Shown piece by piece: positions 23,250-35,292 of a stretch of 64,000 bases of DNA (the stretch's first letter is position 1; each line of letters starts with the position of its first letter). A program made the position numbers and the translations under genes. Origin of the DNA: Eledone cirrhosa (taxonomy: Eukaryota). The notes beneath the pieces are model-generated. The model made no database searches. It had not been told where the DNA came from and saw only the letters and a program-made list of their open reading frames with translations. The stretch spans positions 332,072,001 through 332,136,000 of the forward strand of contig OZ024742.1 of the NCBI GenBank assembly GCA_964016885.1, written 5' to 3'.

Positions 23250-24340
23250 TGCGGCCTTTTCCCTCAGCCATTACTTGTAGAACAGTCCCGTTTTGGTGAC
23301 GGATCTGCTCCTGGATTTCCTTACTTCTTCAGGTTTGATCTGGAGAATTATCTCCAGATCAACCCTGAACCAGTCCTCTCTGCCTGTTCTGGTTTCCTCT
23401 ATTGGAACATCTGTCCCCTCCACAATCACGCACCCCAAGAGCCACCACATATCTAGTCCTGGTGGAATCCTGAGAATGCGGACAGTTCCTTTTACCATGT
23501 GGCAGGGGTACATTATAACCTTATTGGTTTCGCAAGTGGTCATCGCATGCCTCAAAGTGAGGGCCTCCGACTTAAACAGCACCGATATGGTGCCGTATTG
23601 TCTACCCTTCGCTATGTATTCCGTATCGTCTGTGATGCACTTTAGTGCAGCCTGACGTCTTCTTCTGGGGAGTGTTAGTGGCTTTTTTTGTCTAAGCGGA
23701 GATGCATCTAAATACCAGATTTCTCCTTGCCTCCATGGCGTCTTCCGGGACAGTTAGGTTGGCTCAAATTTGCTCCTGTTTGATGAGCTTCCATGCTTGG
23801 GCCAACTTTGTTTCCTTGTCCGCCAATACGATGCTAAAACACAGCCCCTACCTGGCTGCTACGGCAGCGAAAGAATTGTTCACTTTGGTGGTGGTGTCGT
23901 TGTTGTTGTTGGTGTCGGTGTTGTTGTTGTTGGTGGTGTCGGTGTTGTTGTTGTTGTTTGTCGGTGGTGTCGGTGTTGGTGGTGTCGGTGTTGTTGTTGG
24001 TGGTGGTGTCGGTGTTGTTGTTGGTGTCGGTGGTGGTGGTGTTGTTGTTGGTGTCGGTGTCGTTGTCGTTGTTGTTGTTGTTGTTGTTGGTGGTGGTGTC
24101 GGTGTTGTTGTTGTTGTTGTTGTCGGTGGTGGTGTTTTCTTTGTTGCAGTTCGTGTTATTCTTGTTGTTGCTTTCTTCCCTTGTGTCTTTGTTATTGTTG
24201 ATGCTCTCGCTATTTGTTCTTGTTGGTGGAGTGGAGTTGTTAATTTTATGGTTTCTGTTTGTTTTAGTTCCACAAATAAAACTTAAATTTCGGTGAATTA
24301 TGGTTGGCTTCATTCTTTAGAAACATTAGTTGAAACCTCT
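23250..24340 (-). mobile_element. Tx1/L1-like ORF1 with Thr/Pro-rich (ACC/AAC)n linker
   Basis: AWKLIKQEQIW...LFKSEAL...RIPPGLDMWWLLGCVIVEG; (GTT/GGT)n tract at 23885-24135. Confidence 0.78.
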
Positions 24341-24384
24341 TAATAATCGTATTTAAGACTATTGAACAGAATTCGTAATATAAT

Positions 24385-24900
24385 CGGCTTGTCTCCCCAC
24401 AGCCCGGCGGACAGAATGGAGAAGACGTTTCCTCGGAGGGCGGCAAGGGAGACGCGCTGGGAAAGCCACTCGAACTCACGGGTCTCATACCTGCAGTTGG
24501 CCAGCACAACGCCTCTGGTGGTGTGTAGGGAGGTGGGCCGAAGACACGAAGTCTCCACTGCCAAAGGTACAGTCACAAACCTGTCGGAGGGCGACCGGTA
24601 TTTGAGGAGTTTGACCTCCTCAGACCGACGTGCAGCAGAACCAGGCTTAGTCGCAGACTGTACACGGTTGTGGCTGCAGAAAGTGTCGGTGCAAGTGGCA
24701 TACCAGAGGGGGTTTGCCACCGCGGAACGGGAAGATGGTCATGCCATCTGGCATTTTGCCGTCCCCTCGGTCCAACCCCACCGGCTCGAGCTGGGAAGGG
24801 AAGCATGCAGCGTCGAAGCTATGTTTTATGACCTCGTTGAGGGCAGCATCGTGTGGAAGGTGGTCGGCACTTTGGCGACAGGAAAGCGGGTGGAGGCCAT
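24385..24900 (-). mobile_element. CRE-clade retrotransposon 3' fragment (RLE domain)
   Basis: WYATCTDTF...EEVKLLKY...VPLAVET...QRVSLAALRGN; homologous to 39965-40460. Confidence 0.85.
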
Positions 24901-25254
24901 GTCGCTGTTACAGCTGTTAGTTCTCACTATTGCGGTAGTTGCTCTCATTGTTCGTGTTGTTTGTGGTGGTGCTGTTACATTTGTTATTGCATGTTTTTGT
25001 TAGCAATGGAGTATGTTGTCTGCCGTATACCGCCTCTCAACTTTTAACTCGCTGTCACACGATGGCAGGCTTAAAACTGGGGGGCATGGCTCAGCCATGT
25101 TTTTCTATCTTATAAAAATTGAAAGAATAACAGATTTCATATATTTATATACCTTATATACATTTCGTGAAAAAATATTCAAATTCTACTTTGAAACAAC
25201 TCAAAATAACCAAACCTCTGGAGCCGGTTTTAACACATCCGTAGCAAACGATAC

Positions 25255-27500
25255 TAATAATATTGGTTTCATTTATCGTCCACAAGAGCCGACATATAGG
25301 GGACAATATAATAGACGGGGACAGTAGGGGTTGACATATAAAACGTGTAAAAATATAAATAACAACAAAATAACATATAATGAAATTCCCCAATGGAGGT
25401 ACCCTACCAATCCTGAATGACCCGATCCTTCGAGAGCACCTCGGAAAGGGCACCCGTCTCCTCAAATTCACCAACCTACTGGCGCACTCACTTGAGCTAT
25501 TCTCGCAACATTCACCCACCTTTCAGCAAATCTACTAGGGGACAGCACTTCTCTCTACAGCCGCCCCTTCCTTTCCATGTGAAATTTGAAAAAGTTGCGG
25601 CATTGGCCGAAGTGAAAACTGTCACAAACTTGATCTGAAAAGGCGACCTTTTTAAAATGCGGGCAGGTTACACTATTTCTTTCAATTTTCCTAATGAATA
25701 TCCTGTCTATATACGATCTAGATAACACTATGCGGTCGGTCCATGTCCACACTGGTGAATTAGGGAAATCTAGTCCGTACCTGTCAGACAATTGGAAATG
25801 GCTGATCAGGTACTTGAGGCTTTTGCATCCCCCACTCCTATCAGATAATACCTCACAGTCCCAGCGTGCCTCTAAGATGCCATTCCAGTCCCCTGCTAAA
25901 GGTAATGGGCCAGTCGTAGCCCGAAAGGCTTCAAGGCCTCTAAAGTCCGACCCTCATGCATCGGTAGGGGCGTAGATAGTTACCAGTCTAAAGGCACCAC
26001 CTTCGCTATCGTTCACGTCCAGGACCACCAAGTTAACGTCCGGGTCCCGCGAGATCGACCTTACCTCGAGATACAGGCCTTTCCTAAACAGCACTGCCAG
26101 TCCACCCTCATTCCCGGCCGACTAACAGATGCGAAGATCGGATAGTCGTCGAAAATGGGGGCTAGTGCGCGCGTGTCATAAATCCTGGTCTCGCTGACAA
26201 TCACATCCACTTCTAGAGACCTGAGGTCCTTCAGCAGGTTCCCTGCTTCCAGGGTTACCCCGGGCCTAGAACATTAAACTTCTTACTCTTAATATGTCCA
26301 TGTTGGTAAGCTAAAAGAGAGAGGAAAGGTTTACTTACCTCACAGGCTCTTAGTTTGACCTCCATATTTGGTGGGGATTCTTTTGGGAACCGCTTTAAGA
26401 GTCTGGATGTGGGATTTAAGTTCGTGGTTCCCGAGGAAACATGTTTCGAATCCCTTTGTATAAATCGATCGACATTCGCACGAGAAACAAATCTTCTGCC
26501 ATGTGAATTGTGCTCGATTTAAACATTTCCCCCTCTGTTTGTATTTTTTTACTTCGTGCTACGAGGGACATCCATTCCTTTTTGGCCCTTCTGAAAAGCA
26601 CGAAGTTTTATATGGATAGCTGGTGCGGTTTTATTTGTTTGCGTTTGGGGGATTCTGGTGATGGTGCTGTTGTGAATGTTTGCGTGGGTGATGTCTGATT
26701 TTTTTTTTTTTTTTTATTGTGGGTGTTTGTTTTGGCTTTATGGAGGTTCATTCTTTGTGTTTTCTCTTTTCTGTACTTTGGAGAGTTTGGTTTTCCCTCA
26801 TCTTCCCATAGTGAAGATGAGGGATCTGTGTGTTGAGGGCAGAAGGCTCGCAAATGGGTTTTTTTCTCCGCAAATGAAACAATGTGGTATTTTGCCCTCA
26901 GTCATAATGTGAATTACCGTCCAGTATTATGACTGAGGGCAATGTATTGATTTTCATTCTCCGGCCTGATCTGAAGTATCTTCAGGTCAACCCCGGACCA
27001 GTCCTCTCTGGCTGTTCTTGTTACTTCTATCGGGACGGTATCCATCCCATACACAATCACAATCCCGGGAACCACCACATGTCAACATTCCAGGAGCCAC
27101 ATGTTAAGTCCTGGTGGGATCATTGGATTGCGGAGACTAGCTGTTCTTTTTCTCATGTGGAGGGACACATTATGAATTTGCTGGTTTTACAAGGGCTCAT
27201 TGCATGTTTTATATCGAGGGCTTATGACTTAAACAGCACCAAATGATGCCTTATTGTCTTCCCCTCGCTATGTATTCGGTGTCATCTCTGATTCACCTCA
27301 GCGCGGTTTCAACATTTGCCTGAGTAATTATAGCCACTCTTTGTTTCTGCTGAGATGCATCTGTAATGCACTGTTCTACGCTCCACTGCTTCAATATCTT
27401 CTACCCAGATAAAGTTGGCCCTGGTTTGCTGTTGCTTCATGAGCTTCCAGGCCTGGGCCAACTTTTCATCTTTATTCTTTGGAGTGACCCCCGGGTGGTC
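25255..27500 (-). mobile_element. Tx1/L1-like element: ORF1 with zinc knuckle, APE, RT deleted, C-terminal tail and 3'UTR
   Basis: CFICGEKxHLRAFCP knuckle near 26840-26890; MDILRV start at 26301; SYIDRIF...SDQ fused to NFFKFHMERKGRL; 3'UTR similar to 21610-21740. Confidence 0.8.
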
Positions 27501-28150
27501 TTAGTGATATTTGCAGTTGTTGGTTGTGGTGGTTCTGTGGCCGTTGGCATTTGCTGTTTCTGGTGCTGTTGAGGGCCCAGCGTCGGCAGCAGCGGAGACT
27601 TTCGACCCCTTGCATTTTTCAATAGCTGAGAGCAGAAGGCTCACAAATGTGCTGTTTCGCCGAAACAGTGCGGCCTTTGCTTCAGCCATTACTTGTAGAA
27701 CAGTCCTGTTTTTTAGGCGTATCTGCTCCGGGATTCTACAATGTAACGTTGCTGGTTTTGCAAGGGGTTATCGAGTCCTTGAAGGCGAAGGCCTCCGATT
27801 TAAACACCGAGATATTGCCGTATTGTCTACCCGTCGCTATGTACTCAATCACTCCTCTGATGCACCTCAGCGCAGCCTCGACGTCTCCGTGGGGAGAGTT
27901 TGTCGCTCATTTTGTCTTAGCTGAAATGCATCTGAAGACCAGAGTTCTCCTCTCCATGGCCTCAACCAGGACAGCTAAGTTGGCCCAGGTTTGCTCCTGT
28001 TTGATGAGCTTCCTGGCCTGGACCAGCTTTTCATCTTTATTCGAGAGGTCCATGCTGAAGCATGGCTTCTTTTTGGATGCTTCCTCAGCGAAAGTGTTCT
28101 TGGTTGTGTTGCTGTCGTCGTTGTTGCCGCCGCTGCTGCTGTTCTTCTTT
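27500..28150 (-). mobile_element. Tx1/L1-like ORF1 fragment with internal deletion
   Basis: QARKLIKQEQTW..EAMERRTLVFRCI..GRQYGNISVFKSEA. Confidence 0.72.
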
Positions 28151-28151
28151 T

Positions 28152-29100
28152 CTTACCGCAGGTGCCTGACGATTACCCTCAGTAGCGCTAGACTGGCGTG
28201 TGGGAGACGCACGAGTTCATCCATGCTGGAGCCGAGTTGGTGGGGATAAAAATCCACCATCAAGGCCGGACATCTCATCCAAAGATGTTCGGAGGATTCT
28301 TCTTCGTCTCCGCACAGACGGAATGTTGATTTCTGCTTGGCCGATGATATGGAGCCAGCTCCTTAATGACGTGTGATGTCCACTGCGGAAGCGGACGAGA
28401 TGGTTCCTATCTGCTTTGGAGAGAGTTTGCTCACTCTCTTCATTTGGGTGGCAGCTAAAGACTGATTGTAGACGTTCATGCTGGATCGGTGGTGGGCGAA
28501 ATTTCCGGCGAATTACGGTGCGTCGGGTGGTGGTATCGATTGAACTTTCCAGTTGAGTAGATGCTGAGCCTTGTTTCTCCTGGGCGTCTGCCAGGTCATT
28601 CCCTTTGATGTTGCAGTGCCTCAGGACCCAGACAGCTGCTAAGGTTCTCCCCTTTGTGATTTTGTTAGCGATCCCTTACAGCTCGGTAATGAAAGGGTTA
28701 TGGAGGGAAGGGCTTGTTCACTGCTAGAACCAGCGACTTGCAGTCACAGATGACATTGGAGGACTCCCAGCTCGTGTCTACCTGTAACCATAGGAGAGCT
28801 TGTTTGAATGCAATTCTTTCGGAATGAAAGGAATTGCTACGAGTGCCCGTCGGAATGTGCCACTCGTGACTGCCTCTTCATTTTGGATGATTACGAGACA
28901 GGCAACGCCATTGGTTGTACCGTCGCATGTTGATCCATCTGTATACACGCAGATGTCGACCGGTGTGGTTGTGGATAGATGATCCAGTGCCGCTTGAAGT
29001 TGTAGTGCTACTGGCACTCACCGGGATAAAGGTAGCAGGGATTGGTGGTGGTAAGATCCACGGAGACTTCTTGTGTGGTAGTTGGGTGTCTTTGTTCACG
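28152..29100 (-). mobile_element. RNase-H-bearing LINE 3' portion (longer copy)
   Basis: ICVYTDGS...G RNase H start, WVLRHCNIKGNDLAD, C-terminal knuckle; same 3' end as 8320. Confidence 0.82.
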
Positions 29101-29149
29101 CAATCACAAACCTTACATTAAAACAACATAGATAGCATGCAACAAGCTG

Positions 29150-29390
29150 CTACTGTTGGCGATACTGCCTAATATGGTGCTGGTTTTAATATTTGCTGTG
29201 GGAGGGGCAGCGTTATTCGCCTCAACGTTTAAACTGCTGCCAGACGAGGATGGAGGGGGGCGTGGCTCCGCCAATTTTTTATTTATTTATTTTTTTTTTT
29301 TTATTATACTTTCCCCTTCACAGGGCAAAGTCCAAGGGATTATGTCCCTTACACAACAACAATTGTCAATAATTAATTTGACATGTAAAT
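29150..29390 (-). mobile_element. Tx1/L1-like 5'UTR marking the upstream edge of the minus-strand cluster
   Basis: Homologous to 21330-21540, including the GC box GGGGCGTGGC. Confidence 0.6.
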
Positions 29391-31689
29391 AGACTTATGC
29401 AGAAAACGACGTCCGATCACACCAATAATAATATAATTATTTTATTTCTAACCTAATCACATGACCGCTCAGATTTTTAGAAACCAGTCTAAATTGACCA
29501 AAATACTATGCTCATGTCAGCGAACAATGGGTCCTCTGTTATCTCTCAAGCTGCAAAACGCAACGGCCAAATCTCCCAGTAAGTACATGCTACTGTTGAA
29601 GATAAAAACAAATAATGGCAAATATATTTGCTTAATTACCGAAAAAGTTAATAGGTAGTGAAGATTGGGGTATATTTCATAAGTTTGTTTAGATGCATTA
29701 AACAGGAACAACAAATGGTACATTCTTTAATTCCGGAAAACAAACGAATATTGGACCATTGAGGACTTTCAGATCAAATCGCTTCGAGTTTGATTTGGCT
29801 CCCATACTACGTGTCGATTAAATAAGTATTTAAGTACGTCATCCATTACACACATCTCTGGACATGTATATATGTTTGTATCTGTGTATGTATGTTTGAA
29901 AGAGATGGGAAAAGACCAGCAAAAGTTATGGAGAGTTGGTGACTTTTATAGACATTGCCTTAGGAAAATACATAGGATTTATTGACGTGATCACAGTACG
30001 AATAAATAGGTCATGTACGGGGCTGGGCTGAATAAGCTGCGATGTAAGATACTTGGATTCATACTAGGCTTGCAACTAATGACAACTGTGTAGGCATTTA
30101 TCGAGCGGAAGCTAAAGGAGACTTAAGAAGAAAGGTACGCCTGTCAAGACCTGGCAGACACAGAAATGGCCGGAGATCAGTTGTGACTGATCTTGCGACC
30201 GTGCGGAATGGCGATCTCTCGTCACTCGCTGTTCCAAACGAGCAAATGGAATCAAGTGTGTGTGTGTTGTTAGAAAGTTTTATTTATAAAAGATGCACAC
30301 AATATATTGAGGGGGGTCGGCAGTGGGTAGAACACATACATACGATGTAAATAAAGTAATAACTATATCTCTTGGAGAAACCAATAAATTTCATACTCCC
30401 TGAAATTATTTCATTAAGATGAAATATAGTTTTGTCATATTTTGCCTTTTTTTAATATATTTTTTAATCATCTATAATTTTTCTACTTCATTTGAAAAAT
30501 GTTTTTTTTTTTTGTTTTGTTTTTTGGGTTTTTTTCTTTGACAAAAATTTATGAATAATTCTTATCGTTTTCTTAACTTATACATTTGTTTTGTTTTTTG
30601 GGGTTTTTTTTTCATATTTATTTCATTTTATTTTACTTAGTATGTCTTATCATTAAAAGACTGCTTCGAGATATTCTGTAATAAATAAAATGGAAATACA
30701 TAAAAATAATAATGAAAAGAAAAACAAAGATTATGAACATGAATGTTAAAATATCACATATAAACAATGTAATAAACATTATATTATTTATTGGCTTAAA
30801 AACAAGTTTTTATTTTTATGTTTGTTTTTATTCATTGGCTTATTTATGTCTTTTCATGTCTTTTCGTCTTGATACGTTTCGAGATGTAGTGGGGTTGGGA
30901 ATTTACCTCTGCGCGGTGGAACGGTGCCAATTATGCAGAATAGCAAACATTCAAATGCTGAATAACTGATGACAGATCAATGCTAGTATAGCATATAGTT
31001 ATTTTTCTTCTATCTTGACTAACACATCCTTAATTTATAGACAATACTGTATATACGTATGCATGCACACACATGTTTGAGTGTGTGTGTGCGCATTCGT
31101 GTGGTTATCTTGACAATGATAAACGCACATGAACTTATGCAGTGTGTGCAAAGCTATATTTTGTAAGCGGGCTATTTAAACACATTCTGTAAACAGTGAC
31201 TCGGTATGTAGTCGGTGTTATGACTTTAAGTCTTATGTCAAATACAATATATGTCAAATATAATTAGCGGAAATACATGAAAATGATCAGTTTGGTGCCC
31301 GAATTCGCACCTAGCTCGGCGGAAATGTGGGATACCTGGTTTTTAGTAAGACATCATTCTGGTAGGAGGAAAACCTGCGACAAGATGGCAGCCAAAGATG
31401 TTAATCACAAGTTGTGTGTTTTGCTGGGTTTTTTTTTCTTTTTTATACCTGTCACCGTTGTTCGGGGAGCGAGATTATTTCATTGCAACACGTTTCTTCA
31501 CTTAGTGAAGCCTGCGCTTGAAAGTTTATTTATCTAAACTGGCCGTAGTCGAAAACGGCTTTTGTTTTGCGTTGGAGTGTAAATAAAAGGAGTGTAAGTT
31601 ATTGGCAGGCCTAAAATATCATGTTCGTGCCACTCGTGTATGAGAATAGGATCAAGTAATATCACTTCTCGAAACCGTGATGCAGCCTT

Positions 31690-34430
31690 CGTGTATATCA
31701 CCTTGATCACCTTGACCGACCAGTCTGTCGGGCGTCCATTCGGCGCCACTGGTCACAGCACGCCGTCCATCCTCTCTGGATCGTGCTTTCCTCATCCATG
31801 TAGTCCCAATCATATTCCTAAAATCGCAACTCCACCTTTGTGGAGGCCTTCCGAGTGGTCGTTTCCGCTCGCACGGGTACCACTCGGCAACTGCGCGGAG
31901 CCACCGATTATCGGTGAACCGGGCGACGTGTCCATCCCATCTGAACTTGCTGCACATGTATTCTGTCATGACGTCCCTCACGCCGGACTTCTGTCTGATG
32001 ACTTCGCTCCTGATGTGCTCTCTCAACGAGATTCCTAGCATTGATCTCTCCATGGCTCTTTGAGCCGTAACCAGCCGCTACTATACTCTCTTCGTTGTAG
32101 CACAAGTTTCACTGCCATATAACATTGCGGGTAAAACTGTGTTATTGAAGAGGTTGGCGCAGGTGGTCTTGTCCAACCTCCCCTTGAGCACATCTCTTAT
32201 GCCGTTGAACGCCTTCCATCCGGCCTTTACTCTCCGCGAGATCTTCCTCTCAATGTCTCGGCGCATGTTCACTTCTTGTCCTATATAGACGTATTCCTCC
32301 ACCTCCTCTATTTCATCACCGCCAACCAACATTCGACCTGTCGGACCGCATGAACTTCGTTTTCATGCGGTTCATCTTGAGGTCTACTGCAGAGCTTTTG
32401 ATGTAGAGCTCCGTCAGCAAGGTCTGAAGCTGATCCGTGGTTCCAGCGATGAGTACGATGTCAAACGGAGGTGGGCAAGTTTCTCGCCGTTGGTGTTGGC
32501 ACCACCTTGCCAGTCAATGCATCTGATGATCTGCTCGAGACACGCGGTGAAAAGTTTTGGAGAGATCGTATCTTTTTGCTTCACTCACTTCTGGACCGGC
32601 ACTCGTACGGGTGATGACAGCAGAGCTATGTCGGAGGTGCGTCCGGAATTCACCTCCTTGAGCAGTTGAACCTATTGCGCCTCGACTCCTTACCTCTGCA
32701 TCGAGTTCAGTACTGCGTTGATTTCGGCGCTGTCGAAGGCCTTCTCGTAGTCTACGAACGCAACGCAAAGAGACATCTTGTACTCTTTCGCTCGCTCAAG
32801 TAGTTGTCAGAGTAAATAAGTGGTCCATCGTGCTGTAGTTCTTCCGGAAGCCGGCTTCTCTCTCGGTTGCTGTTCGTCCAGATGTCGTGATAACCTGTTC
32901 AGGATTATCTTCGTGAACAGCTTGTACACGTGAGACAGCAGGCATATGGGTCGGAAGTTCTTCAGATCTTCTCTATCGCCCTTCTTGTATAGCAGGATGG
33001 TATTCGACTCTTCCCTCGTCCAGATAGTGTGTGAATCGCTCGGCGAGGATTTTCCGGAGCTGCTCTCCGCCTGACTTCAACACCTCCGATGTTATGCCGT
33101 CTTTCCCTGGCGCCTTTCCGCTTTTTACCAAGCCGACGGCTCTTTCGACCTCACTAACAAGGAATGTTTGGCACATTTTCTTCCTGTTGAAGTGACGGCA
33201 ACGGCTGCATACTCCCGGCAGACTTGAAGAACTTGCTGTAGAAGTCTTGGCAAACCTTTTCCACCTCACTCTTGTCGCTGACCGGTATTCCAGCCGTGTT
33301 GTTCAGGGTCGTCACCTTCGATCTGTACATTGCCATGTCTCTCTCGCATTTCTTGAGGATCTTCTTTTCCTCTGCGGCCTTCAGGAGCTTCTCCATCCGG
33401 TATGCCTCGAAGTCTCTCTTCAGTTGTTGGCGTATCACTCTGCTGAGAAGGGAATATTCGAGGTGATCTTCAGGTGCCCTCTTCATATTCTTCCTCTTCT
33501 CAAGCAGCTTCATGGTTCCTCCGAGATTCTCTTCCCTTTCGCTCCCTCGGGCACACTCCCTTAGCCTTCCTCAAGCACTCCTTCATTTTCCCTATCAGTG
33601 AGTCCTAGTCAGCGTCTATTCCGTCTCCGTGACGCCAGTTTTCCTGCATGATGGCTTCCTGCAGCTGCGCCTCGTTGAAGACCTGGATGCGTTCTCCCTT
33701 CGACGCCCTTACCAGACGATGATCACTGCCAGTGTTGAATGGCGTTATGACGGAGACGTCCTGCAGTATGCGTCGCTTGTCAACAGGATGTAGTCGATCT
33801 CGTTTCGGTGCTCAGAATTTGACGATACCCAGGTTCATCTCTTCTCCTTCTTCCTGAATAGGCTGTTTCCGATGTAGAGCCGTCTCGCCTCCGCCATGGT
33901 GACCAGACGCTCTCCTATCATTTCGCTCTCCTAGGCCGAATTTCCGACATACTCTTCCCCTTGCCGTCCCTGTCCGACCTTTGCGTTGAAGTTTTCCATC
34001 ACGACGGTGTAAGTGGACTTCACAGCTAGCACTTTGTGTAGATGGCGATAGAATTTTTCCACTTCATCGTCGTCGCTGGCACTTGTGGGAGCGTAGGTCT
34101 GGTCGATCTTGAGGGTGGCCTTCCCTGAGAGGCTCCCGTTCAGTACACCAATCCGTGACGATATGAACTGGCAAGAAGCGACCTTCGAATTCCATTCCTT
34201 GTTTACGATGAACCCTATACCTCCGACCGATCTGGCACCCTCTGCTTTCCCGAGTCTCACGGCGCTCCATCTTGCCATCGCGAACTCGCCTCCTTTTTCT
34301 AGCGGGTCTCGCACAGCCCTAACACGTCGCCCCTGATCTTCTTTTCCTCCATTAGGTGGGTCATTCCTTGCCCCCCTGCCAAAGACCTGTAGTTGCATAT
34401 GTCAAGGTTAGTCCTGTTCCATGGCGGCCT
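31690..34430 (-). mobile_element. RTE-clade LINE, near full-length APE-RT, decayed
   Basis: GGIGFIV..SSRIGVL..QTYAPTSASDDDEVEKFY; KAPGKDGIT; LLSHVYKLFTKII; EVEEYVYIGQ; VLPAMLYGSET; WDGHVAR..W..KRPLGRPPQRW; short tandem tail (ATCACCTTG)x2. Confidence 0.92.
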
Positions 34431-35009
34431 TCGAGATCCTCAGTTGAGTGCGACGTTCCCCAAAAAAGGAAGAAATTGAAAGAAATGTAGATTGAGATGT
34501 GATTAAGACAGAGTAGTAAAAGAAAGGTAAGGGAGATATTTTGGTAATGAAGTATAGACTATGGAGAAGTATATATAAATCATAAGTGTGTGTGAATAAA
34601 TAGAAACGCCCATATCCATATAGAGTGCTGGAAACTCTTCCATCAAAGAAGGCTGGCCGTTCCCTCAGTGCCTACCACGAATATTCCCTTTTTTTAATTT
34701 TTTACTTAAACTTTCGTTTCTAATTTTTTACACTGTTGATATTTCTTCTTCCAATTACTCATTTTCATTCTCACATCAATGGCGATTAGATTCGTGTTTG
34801 TGTGTTTTATATGTATGGCTCTCTCTACCTTCAGTTCCTTCTCACATCGCCGCTCATCCTTTCATTCTATACTTCTTGTTTCACTTTCATTCAAGTATGC
34901 CTTAACTCTAACTTGTTTCTTTCTCTTCCTTCTCTTTACCTCTATCCCACTTTTTCCCATCTTTCACTCAGTTTTTTTCTGCATTTTACTTCTCTCACAC
35001 GATCCTCCT

Positions 35010-35292
35010 CCCATTCTCTCTCCTTCTCTCTCCCTCTCTCTCCCTCTCTCTCCCTCTCTCTCCCTCTCTCCTTCTCTTTCTCTTTCTTTCTCTCTATCGC
35101 TCTATCGCTCGCTCTATCGCTATATATCTCTCTCTATCTATCTCTATATCTCTATCTCTATATGTCTATATCTCTATCTATCTCTATATCTCTATCTCTA
35201 TATGTCTATATCTCTATCTCTATATGTCTATATATCTATCTCTATATGTCTATATATCTATATATATATGTCTCTATATCTATCTCTCTCAG
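35010..35292. repeat. (CT)n/(CTAT)n compound microsatellite
   Basis: Direct reading. Confidence 0.9.

Noticed and set aside
23702-24313. Overlapping Val-, Cys- and Thr-rich ORFs
   Set aside because: By-products of a (GTT/GGT)n tract in the LINE ORF1 linker.
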